Of a DNA stretch of 64,000 nt, positions 1-7,622 are shown piece by piece. The position numbers and the translations under genes are program-made. The stretch's first letter is position 1, and the number at the start of each line of letters is the position of its first letter. The stretch is from assembly GCA_028867335.1 (NCBI GenBank), contig JAGWGN010000001.1, forward strand, positions 22,910 to 86,909. Reading direction: 5' to 3'. The notes under the pieces are model-generated. The model was not told the origin of the DNA, ran no database searches, and was given only the letters and a program-made list of their open reading frames with translations. This stretch comes from Candidatus Micrarchaeota archaeon. GTDB lineage: Archaea > Micrarchaeota > Micrarchaeia > Micrarchaeales > CABMGC01.

Positions 1-783
1 GATCTCCTTCTTCCCCAAAAGCCAAAAGACTGCGGCGTCGGCACCGGCGTCTATTGCGGCCTCCGCCGCGATGCTTGCGTGGGTTGTCGCAGGGCCGTAG
101 AGGAGCAGATGGCTGCCAACTATCTCCTTTGTCGCGGCGCATACCTCATTGAGCGATTCTAGCCTGCTAAATGCCGACACGCGCGGGCCGAATTTCTCAA
201 GGAACTGCGAATATCCCATTCCGCTGCTATGAAGCAGCTCTGAGATCTGCTTGAACGTCAGAGCATGCATGTTGTGGAAGTTTGCGGAATCCGCGACGAT
301 CCCGTTTAGCAGGGCAATCGACGCATCAACGCCTATCTTCATCCCCAGGCTGGAGAGGATCTGACAGATTAGGCTTGAGGTGGAGTTGTACCCAGGGTCG
401 CTGAAGACCATCGGCTTGCTCTCGTCGGTCTTGCCGAGCTCGTGGTGGTCAATGAAGAGAACCTGCTTCTTCATCTTCTTTATTGCTCCGGAAAAGTTTC
501 CTGCCGCCTCGGGAACGCTTGCGTCGACCACGATGATCCCGAATATGTCCTTTGGAACCTTGCCGATGATCTTCGGGGGGCTAGAGAGGCTCTCGATGAC
601 CCTCTTTGAGCTGTTGGTTATCAGATCAGGCATCGCGATTACGGAGTTTGAGAGATATGATTGGAGGGCGATTGCAGAACCGATGCTGTCGCGGTCGCCT
701 ATGGAATGGAAAGTTATGAGGAACTTTTCCTCCTTGTTAAGTATCAGAAAATTCAGCAGTTCGTTGAAGCTAATCTTCATCAT
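1..783 (-). CDS. DHH family phosphoesterase (runs off the left edge of the window)
   Basis: Manual translation from ATG 783: MMKISFNELL...TFHSIGDRDSIGSAIAL...VLFIDHHE; both DHH motifs present. Not in the ORF track. Confidence 0.9.
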   Translation of the reverse strand, partial: MMKISFNELLNFLILNKEEKFLITFHSIGDRDSIGSAIALQSYLSNSVIAMPDLITNSSKRVIESLSSPPKIIGKVPKDIFGIIVVDASVPEAAGNFSGAIKKMKKQVLFIDHHELGKTDESKPMVFSDPGYNSTSSLICQILSSLGMKIGVDASIALLNGIVADSANFHNMHALTFKQISELLHSSGMGYSQFLEKFGPRVSAFSRLESLNEVCAATKEIVGSHLLLYGPATTHASIAAEAAIDAGADAAVFWLLGKKEI

Positions 784-789
784 CAAATT

Positions 790-1149
790 TCACTGTTGCA
801 TCTTGCTAGATAGCGCCGTGATCTCCTCCCTGAGCCTCTTCTCCTTCGCCTTGAGCTCGTTGAGCTGCTTGGTCGTGGACTGCATCCTTACCTCTCCGGA
901 ATCCTTCTTCTCATCGATATTCTTGAGTGCGGTCTCCTTGCTCGTCTCGACTATCACGCCGCCTATGGTTACGTACACCTTGCCTGTCGCCTTTGCGATC
1001 TCCTCCTTGGCGCTGTCCAGCTCGCTTTTTTGGACGGACAGCTGGTCGACCTGCATGGAGTAGGCACGGATCTGCTCCTGGATCATCTGGTAGTCCCTTA
1101 GTATCTTCTCCACGTCCTGCGGCGAGGGTGTTGTAGCTGAATCTGCCAT
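790..1149 (-). CDS. pfdB: Prefoldin beta subunit
   Basis: Coiled coil - VYVTIGGVIVETSK beta hairpin - coiled coil; next to DHH gene as in other archaea. Confidence 0.9.
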   Translation of the reverse strand: MADSATTPSPQDVEKILRDYQMIQEQIRAYSMQVDQLSVQKSELDSAKEEIAKATGKVYVTIGGVIVETSKETALKNIDEKKDSGEVRMQSTTKQLNELKAKEKRLREEITALSSKMQQ

Positions 1150-1195
1150 AATATCACGCAATTATTGGGAGGGAAAGCAATATACTTCTATCCCA

Positions 1196-1429
1196 TCAGC
1201 CGCGGCCTGACTCCTCAGCGGTGATCTCGTCGACCTTCACATCCGAGGAGTCGGTGTCCTTGAAGAGGTCCTTGACCAGGTTCTCTATGCCGAACTTCAT
1301 CAGCTTGGCCTGGTACTTGGAGAGGAAGACCTTGTGGCCCGCCACGTCCTTTATTATGACCGCGCCGCTATCATCGACCGTGACAAAGATGGTCTCCTTG
1401 GAATCATGAACTTTGTAGTACTTTGGCAT
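1196..1429 (-). CDS. Hypothetical protein (~77 aa)
   Basis: ORF with host-like codon usage, co-oriented with neighbours. Confidence 0.65.
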   Translation of the reverse strand: MPKYYKVHDSKETIFVTVDDSGAVIIKDVAGHKVFLSKYQAKLMKFGIENLVKDLFKDTDSSDVKVDEITAEESGRG

Positions 1430-1790
1430 TTCCCTCACTGCATTCTATCTCTTTGGCGTATTCCTTCCTTTCCGATATCGCACCATCCTTGTCATAGAGG
1501 TAAAGCGTCACCTTAAGCGTGTAGGTGCTTGGATAGACCTCATTGCTTGCGTAAATCTTGACCCTTTTCTCCCGCGGCTGCGCTTTCTGCAGTATGCCTA
1601 TCAGGCTCTTGGCGGTGAGCAGGCTCTTATCCGGTGCAAGGGATAGGGGGTGTGGGACCTCGTAGACACACTCCACCCAGTAGGGCTCTGCATCTAAAGT
1701 GGCGACGGAGAGCTTTAGCTCAATTTCGTTGTACGTAAACGCTCTTAGCCTATCGGAATTTAGCGCTAAAGCGACGGTTATTTCTGGCAT
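1404..1790 (-). CDS. Hypothetical protein (128 aa, beta-rich)
   Basis: ORF with TTTATTAT-like box upstream; overlaps the next ORF. Confidence 0.7.
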   Translation of the reverse strand: MPEITVALALNSDRLRAFTYNEIELKLSVATLDAEPYWVECVYEVPHPLSLAPDKSLLTAKSLIGILQKAQPREKRVKIYASNEVYPSTYTLKVTLYLYDKDGAISERKEYAKEIECSEGNAKVLQSS

Positions 1791-1834
1791 AGCTTGTAGT
1801 ATGGAGTATAGGATAATAAATTTATCGACAGGGA

Positions 1835-2341
1835 TTATCCCTGGGCGGACCTGACGTTTTCCGTGAGGATCTTGAGCGCCTCGGATTTGATCTCGTTGAT
1901 TTTATCGTCTGTCAGGCCCGGGCCGTTGAAATAAGGCGGCGCTTTTATCAGAGGATACACTTTCCTGGTGAACAGCTTCCTGAGTTTGGTCGCGATCTCC
2001 GGACTTATGGCATCAGGTTCGTCTCCAAAGACTTTCGCGGAGTGCGTTATTTTAAGGTGCGCGACCAGTTTTTCCGTGGTTATTCTGCCGAACTCTTTTA
2101 TTTGGTTGTGCACTGCCCAATCTGGGAGCTTGATGGGGGCGTTGCTGGTAACCTCAAGCACCTTATACTGCGCCATTGAGAATTTAGACGCTATTATCTC
2201 GGCTTCTTTTTCTAGAAAAGGGGCAAGGTCCTGTGGGCGCCTTGCGAGCCCCTTAAGCTTTGACGCCTTACTATTTGCCTCCGACCTTATCAGCATTGTT
2301 TCTCCAGGAGGTATCGGCTTTACTCTGGTCGCGGGGTCCAT
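1835..2341 (-). CDS. Hypothetical protein
   Basis: 168-aa ORF, TTTATAAA box upstream on the minus strand. Confidence 0.6.
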   Translation of the reverse strand: MDPATRVKPIPPGETMLIRSEANSKASKLKGLARRPQDLAPFLEKEAEIIASKFSMAQYKVLEVTSNAPIKLPDWAVHNQIKEFGRITTEKLVAHLKITHSAKVFGDEPDAISPEIATKLRKLFTRKVYPLIKAPPYFNGPGLTDDKINEIKSEALKILTENVRSAQG

Positions 2342-2600
2342 CTTGTCGCCTTTAACAAGTATTCTTTATAGGGTATTTATAAAGATTTTCTACGAATCCG
2401 TTTTGTGTATTTATTCATCAATTTTGGCAACTTTTTACACAGAAATCTTCTTTTTTACACAGAATTTTTCTGTGCCCGCTTTTTCTTTCAAAATTTTGAG
2501 GGGTGAGAAAATAGAATTCGGAAACTATATGGAAATTTTAATGTATCTATCTATGATAACTGGATTTTTGTTATTATTATTCGAATTACACCTAATATGA

Positions 2601-3749
2601 TTACAATGTAGGGAATGAAGGTATCTGTAATGAATGATAAACAAAAACTTGTAGAATAAATAATATCAAAACCAAAATGATAAATGCTATAGTAATAATA
2701 TTCGTTAGTCTTAATGTGCGAAATTCTCTTCCCATTCTATTAAGTGTAAAACCTTTATTAATATCATAGAGTTTATTTGTATCGAATTCCTTAGTGTGTC
2801 CCTCCCTAAGATTCTGGTAAGTTTCTTTTAATTTATGATAATTATTTAAAAATAATTGGGGTTGTGATAAATTGGTAAGAGCGATTTGAGTTTCATCAAA
2901 AACCTTAGAAAATTTATTAAAATCCTCCCCATTTGCCGACCTAATAAATCTATCAAATGTTGCTAAATTATTAACAAATTCTCTAACTCCAAATTTTTCC
3001 TCGATTGTTAATCCATTCAATTTTAAACTTCTAATAAAAAGTTTAGTGAGCCATAAATCTATCTGTATTTTATTTCTTTTCGGAATAGGGATAAATTCTG
3101 TTTTCTCACGTCTGAAAGTTTTGCCAGCTTCTATGCCTTCAGTAATAAATATGCTAAGCATCTTTTCAGTGGATAATGAATAATAAAGTCTTGAAAAAAG
3201 ATAAAAACCGATAAACATAAAACTAACCGTTCCAGCGAAAAAGAAAATACCATATAAAAGATCTAAAATAAGAAAAATGAGTGGAGTTTGATGATACAAA
3301 TTAGGATAATAAGAATAAATTATGGGTATAATCCACACTATTGCAAATGATAATATGGTAAGGAAAAATAACGGAATGGCTTTATAGTAAGACAGACGCC
3401 AGTTTTCACAATATCTTATTTCATCTTCAACAGGAACTGAATCCCTAAATCTCGGTAAATTTTTATAAATCTGATGAAAATGTTCAAAAGAAAAGTATCT
3501 TTTGAGTTCGATATTATTTTCCTTTTTAAAAAGGAAGTATGCTATTCTCAGTGCTACTATCCCTAAAACAAACATAACTATTAATTCGTAGACAAATCCC
3601 CAAAATATGCCTCCATTTTCTATTATCCCCCCAAGAACAAATATGCCATCTGAAAGATAGATTAAGTAAATTATGAATAAAGATAAAATCGAAATTGCCA
3701 TTATTAGAAGGAAAATTCCGAAAAACCATTCCCAAGTCACATTTTTCAT
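2601..3749 (-). CDS. Multi-pass membrane protein, transposon passenger
   Basis: 382 aa, about 5 hydrophobic segments, very AT-rich. Confidence 0.75.
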   Translation of the reverse strand: MKNVTWEWFFGIFLLIMAISILSLFIIYLIYLSDGIFVLGGIIENGGIFWGFVYELIVMFVLGIVALRIAYFLFKKENNIELKRYFSFEHFHQIYKNLPRFRDSVPVEDEIRYCENWRLSYYKAIPLFFLTILSFAIVWIIPIIYSYYPNLYHQTPLIFLILDLLYGIFFFAGTVSFMFIGFYLFSRLYYSLSTEKMLSIFITEGIEAGKTFRREKTEFIPIPKRNKIQIDLWLTKLFIRSLKLNGLTIEEKFGVREFVNNLATFDRFIRSANGEDFNKFSKVFDETQIALTNLSQPQLFLNNYHKLKETYQNLREGHTKEFDTNKLYDINKGFTLNRMGREFRTLRLTNIITIAFIILVLILFILQVFVYHSLQIPSFPTL

Positions 3750-3772
3750 GATATTAATATCGTATAAAATAA

Positions 3773-4930
3773 CTAAAAACTTTGGTTTGTCTCATTATTT
3801 ACGACTACAATATTATGGCACAAAACCTTCAGCAACAACTCGTTAATCTGTGCTGTCTTTGTCTTGCTCTTTAGCATATCGCTAAACTTTGCCTTCAACA
3901 TAAAAAACGTGCTTTCCACATTACTTCTCTTGTGGTAATGCGCCATAAAATCCTCTCTATTTAGCATAAAGTAGTGATACATCTTCTTCCACGCAATACT
4001 ACCCACTGAGGACTTGACGGCGTTTCTTTTGAAAGGTATGAAGGGAATCCCTCCAACCTCTCTTACTTTTGTTAGGTTATCACGTGAGCTATACGCCAAA
4101 TCCGCAGATACTTCAGATATGTTGAACCCATTCTCTGAAGTCATCTTAACAAGTGGGATAAATTGCTGGCTATCGCTTGAGTATCCCTCGTTAACTTCTA
4201 CTGCCGTTATGATATTGGTCTTAACGCCAGTCATTATGTGGCATTTAATCCAATTGTGCTTTTTGATTAGGTTATGCTTCATCTTGCAATATTCTGAAAA
4301 CTTTGTAGTTCTAAATCCACTACTATCAATCGCAAAGTCCTTTTCTACTGCTTTCATAGGCAAAGCAGTAATTTGGATCAACTTACTAAGAATAGGTGTT
4401 AGTTCCTCTTTCTGCATAAAGTGTCCAACAGAAGCAAAACAGGGAGTATGCTCAACATATCCCTTTTCCTTTGCCGTCCTCAAATCACTCATAAATCGCC
4501 TTAGCGAGAACTGAGTATAAACCTTCAGAGCAGAGGCAAAAAGCAAGTCTTTATTAGCTATCTTAGGACGACCTTTGCAATTTGGCTGTTCTTCTGCCTC
4601 TTCGCACAGGTCATTAAGCATTTTCATAAAGCTGTCTTTCTCATTGATTTGACACTTATCATAGGTAGCCCAAGTTTGCTGATACGTCATACGTTTGCTC
4701 TGTGTGCCCTGTGGCGTTTCTATCTCTGCCTTAAGCATATACCTTACAGCGTAGGCGTGTTTGCAGGTGGTCTTGTGCAACTGACTATCGGCGCAATCAC
4801 AAACAAACTCTTGATTTACAAGATACTTCTTTCGCCCATCTGTTTGTGAAGGCACAATCCAACCAAACTTGTCTTTCTGTATCTGCAAAGTCTTCGCAAT
4901 TTCATATCCTTTTTCTTGTCTTCGTTCCAT
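3773..4930 (-). CDS. DDE transposase with N-terminal SWIM zinc finger
   Basis: CDCADSQLHKTTCKH (SWIM); FAIDSSG, SADLAY and YHKRSNVESTFFMLK (Y-2-R-3-E-6-K signature). Confidence 0.9.
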   Translation of the reverse strand: MERRQEKGYEIAKTLQIQKDKFGWIVPSQTDGRKKYLVNQEFVCDCADSQLHKTTCKHAYAVRYMLKAEIETPQGTQSKRMTYQQTWATYDKCQINEKDSFMKMLNDLCEEAEEQPNCKGRPKIANKDLLFASALKVYTQFSLRRFMSDLRTAKEKGYVEHTPCFASVGHFMQKEELTPILSKLIQITALPMKAVEKDFAIDSSGFRTTKFSEYCKMKHNLIKKHNWIKCHIMTGVKTNIITAVEVNEGYSSDSQQFIPLVKMTSENGFNISEVSADLAYSSRDNLTKVREVGGIPFIPFKRNAVKSSVGSIAWKKMYHYFMLNREDFMAHYHKRSNVESTFFMLKAKFSDMLKSKTKTAQINELLLKVLCHNIVVVNNETNQSF

Positions 4931-4948
4931 TTTATCCCTTTATTCATC

Positions 4949-5013
4949 ATACGTATAGTATGTATTATGAATAAGCAGATATATAAAGGTATAGGTATAA
5001 TACGTATAGTATG
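4949..5013. promoter_or_regulatory. Two copies of a 14-bp quasi-palindromic operator in the divergent tnp/RHH promoter
   Basis: ATACGTATAGTATG at 4949-4962 and 5000-5013, flanking TATATAAA. Confidence 0.65.
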
Positions 5014-5175
5014 GGAAAGGCAAAGAAGATAGAGAAGGAAACGGCAATACCTAAGACAATAACGCTTATGCCAAAACACCAACGTTTTATCGAGGCAAAG
5101 AGCATTAATCTATCTCGTTTCGTTCAGAAAGCATTAGACGATGAGATAGAAGCGCAGGGTTGGAGAGAGGAATAA
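5011..5175 (+). CDS. Small ribbon-helix-helix (CcdA/CopG-like) DNA-binding protein
   Basis: Manual translation MGKAKKIEKETAIPKTITLMPKHQRFIEAKSINLSRFVQKALDDEIEAQGWREE; below the ORF-track cut-off. Confidence 0.7.
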   Translation: MGKAKKIEKETAIPKTITLMPKHQRFIEAKSINLSRFVQKALDDEIEAQGWREE

Positions 5176-5176
5176 T

Positions 5177-5377
5177 ATGTGCAATAGTTGTGCTACTGGA
5201 AAAATGAAAGTTGGATGGCTATCTACACATTATGAAGAAGGTAAAATTTGCGAATGTAAATGTGCACCTAATCATATAATAAAAAAGATGGAAACTTATT
5301 ACGCAACAGACTCTGAAAAATCTTCGAAAGAAGAAGTTTTAGTATGTCTTAGTTGTAAACACCACTTAAGGATATAA
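5177..5377 (+). CDS. Small Cys/His-rich putative zinc-binding protein
   Basis: CNSC...CECKC...CLSCKH; starts 1 bp after the RHH stop. Confidence 0.6.
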   Translation: MCNSCATGKMKVGWLSTHYEEGKICECKCAPNHIIKKMETYYATDSEKSSKEEVLVCLSCKHHLRI

Positions 5378-5517
5378 TTTTACACAACAAGGCGATTAAA
5401 TACACAAAATGAAGTTAATACACAAAGCTCTACGAATCGTTTCCATCGTAGAATCAGGGATATAAGGGATTTATATAATTTAACGGAACTACAAGATAGA
5501 AATTGCACTGTGACTCC

Positions 5518-5982
5518 ATGGAATTAAACGAGGCCTCACTTATAGAGTCGGAGATAATGCTCAGAAAGTTGCGGCTTACAAACGAGGTGCTGGAGACCCG
5601 CCGCTCGATAGCGAGATGGCTTGCGCTCTCGCTTGGGATAATAAACCCGGGGGAGTCGAGGCTCAGCGCGGTCGCTGTGCTTGACGCCATGATAAACTTC
5701 CAGTTCGTGAAGGGGACCGACCCCGCATACGCGGACCTTGAAAAGTACATCAACGACAACTGGGAGGCCATGAACGAAAAGACTCTTAGATATCACCTTT
5801 TAAAATTGAAGAATATGGGACTGATAGAGAACAGCAAGGGCAAGTTCTACTTCAAGCCCCCGAGCTTCGGGGACCGCTTTGACGCGAACGCGTGGGCATC
5901 GAAGCTCTTCGAGGAGGAGCACAAGCAGATAGCGGTGAAGATCAGCGAGGCGATCAGGGAGCTAAAGAATAAGCAGCAGTGA
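5518..5982 (+). CDS. Winged-helix (ArsR-like) putative transcriptional regulator
   Basis: EKTLRYHLLKLKNMGLIENSKGKFY wHTH signature. Confidence 0.75.
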   Translation: MELNEASLIESEIMLRKLRLTNEVLETRRSIARWLALSLGIINPGESRLSAVAVLDAMINFQFVKGTDPAYADLEKYINDNWEAMNEKTLRYHLLKLKNMGLIENSKGKFYFKPPSFGDRFDANAWASKLFEEEHKQIAVKISEAIRELKNKQQ

Positions 5983-5987
5983 TTTTT

Positions 5988-7622
5988 ATGAACAAGGAAT
6001 GGATTTTCTGGGCAGTGCTTGTGGCGGTGATAGCGATAGGGGCGCTCTACTTCAAGTTCTACAGCACCCAGACGATCTCGATGTTCGTCTCGATAAATGG
6101 CAGCGCGGCGGCTGGCACCACTTACCCGTTCGAGAAGGTCATCCTTCCGGTAACAGTGCAGAACACCGGAAGCGGGGCGATAACCAACCTCGTCTTCGAC
6201 GTTAAGAATAACGGCAACTCGAGCGTCGCATACCAGCTCAGCATACCTGCCGGTAAAAGCGTCACGCTCCAGTACAATTTTACTCCTTCGAAGGCTGGAA
6301 CCTACAACATCTCGGTTGTTGCGGACCCTGCGCAGGTGTACAACATAGCCGACAGGCAGAACTCGATGAACGCTACAGCAGTGGTGATTGCAAACTCCTC
6401 TGCGGGCGCGGCTTACTCGCTCATACCTCGAGGAAACTTCTCCGATTACAGCCAAAACAACTACGGAAGGGGGGGATTCGTAGCGTCAAGCTTCCTCTTC
6501 GGGTCGTATGGCCTTGATGCGTTTGCGCCTGTCGGGAACAGGGACACGTTCGTGACATCGCTGCTCAACATCACCCAGCTTTACATAAGGAATGTCTCTG
6601 TGGCGTCAGCTTCCTACAGGAACGGGACCTCCTCGTACTCGGTTTGGATACAGGGGTACCTGAGCCCGAGCGTCATGGGCGTGGCGGCATCCGGAAGGGG
6701 ATACAAGGTCTCAAACTACACGATAAATGGAACGGCGGTGACTGTCGCCAACATGACAAACACGACGACGCTCTGCAGCTGGTATCAGGGAGGCTGGATA
6801 AAGAGCGTGGTGTATAGCAGCGCAAGCGGCACATGCCTTGGAATATACAAGGGCTCGATAAGGACCCTAAACAAATCGCCAGCGTACGGGAACGCGACAT
6901 ATTTTGCGAAAGTGAACCCCCTAAACAGCACTCTGCTCGGAAATTTCAGCGGCAAGTTCAACGGAAAGATCTTCTACTCTACGCTTCTGCAGAACGGGGC
7001 GACTTTCGTCGCGCCGCAGATCTCAATAAACAGCTCCGAGGATTCCAGGTGCCTGGGTGTTATAAGCAGGCAGAATGGGACAAGCTTCTGCAGCGTCTTT
7101 GTTGTCCCGCTCAACGGCTTCATAACGGGGATTGCTCTGATAAGGACGACAGCTTACATAGGGAACTACAACCTCAGCGTCTACACCCTTGTGAACAACA
7201 GCCGCGTGTTCCAGTCAATACCTACCGCGTTCTCGATAATAAACAAGTTCAACATCAGCGGAACCTCTGCAAGCTTCAGCTCCGGATTTAGCAACACGTG
7301 CCAGTTCAACTTGAGCTTCCCGTGCAGCAACGCTAATTTCTACAACGGGACCCTTGTGCTTCGGGTAACAAACAAGCTAAACCAGAGCCTGCACCTCAAC
7401 TCACTTAGCTGCTACTCAATGGGCAACCCGGTGCCAACAAAGCTAAACCAGAGCCTGCCGGCTCTTGGTTCTATGAACCTCTCAGCAAGCTGCTATAGCC
7501 TAGGGAAGCCGCTTGGTGGGATACCGCTTAACCTGCAGCTAAGCCTGCGCCTAAACTACACGGCCGCCAACGTCACCAAGACAGTTGCAGGGAATGCTAC
7601 GATCAACATCTTCTCTTCTTGA
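5988..7622 (+). CDS. Membrane-anchored surface glycoprotein with CARDB/Ig-like domain
   Basis: N-terminal TM, VTVQNTGSG...GTYNISVVADP CARDB pattern, many N-x-S/T sequons. Confidence 0.75.
   Translation: MNKEWIFWAVLVAVIAIGALYFKFYSTQTISMFVSINGSAAAGTTYPFEKVILPVTVQNTGSGAITNLVFDVKNNGNSSVAYQLSIPAGKSVTLQYNFTPSKAGTYNISVVADPAQVYNIADRQNSMNATAVVIANSSAGAAYSLIPRGNFSDYSQNNYGRGGFVASSFLFGSYGLDAFAPVGNRDTFVTSLLNITQLYIRNVSVASASYRNGTSSYSVWIQGYLSPSVMGVAASGRGYKVSNYTINGTAVTVANMTNTTTLCSWYQGGWIKSVVYSSASGTCLGIYKGSIRTLNKSPAYGNATYFAKVNPLNSTLLGNFSGKFNGKIFYSTLLQNGATFVAPQISINSSEDSRCLGVISRQNGTSFCSVFVVPLNGFITGIALIRTTAYIGNYNLSVYTLVNNSRVFQSIPTAFSIINKFNISGTSASFSSGFSNTCQFNLSFPCSNANFYNGTLVLRVTNKLNQSLHLNSLSCYSMGNPVPTKLNQSLPALGSMNLSASCYSLGKPLGGIPLNLQLSLRLNYTAANVTKTVAGNATINIFSS

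Larger units (their letters stand above)
2399..5429. mobile_element. Passenger-carrying IS4/IS5-superfamily-like transposon (~3.0 kb)
   Basis: 9-bp direct repeat CTACGAATC at 2390-2398 and 5430-5438; imperfect terminal IR G(T/C)TTTGTGTATT; AT-rich interior; DDE transposase. Confidence 0.85.

Noticed and set aside
380..1063. 227-aa + strand ORF
   Set aside because: Antisense shadow of the DHH and prefoldin genes; the same applies to the many shadow ORFs over gyrAB, lhr and ribosomal genes.
1968..2600. 210-aa + strand ORF
   Set aside because: Crosses the transposon boundary and is antisense to a better ORF.
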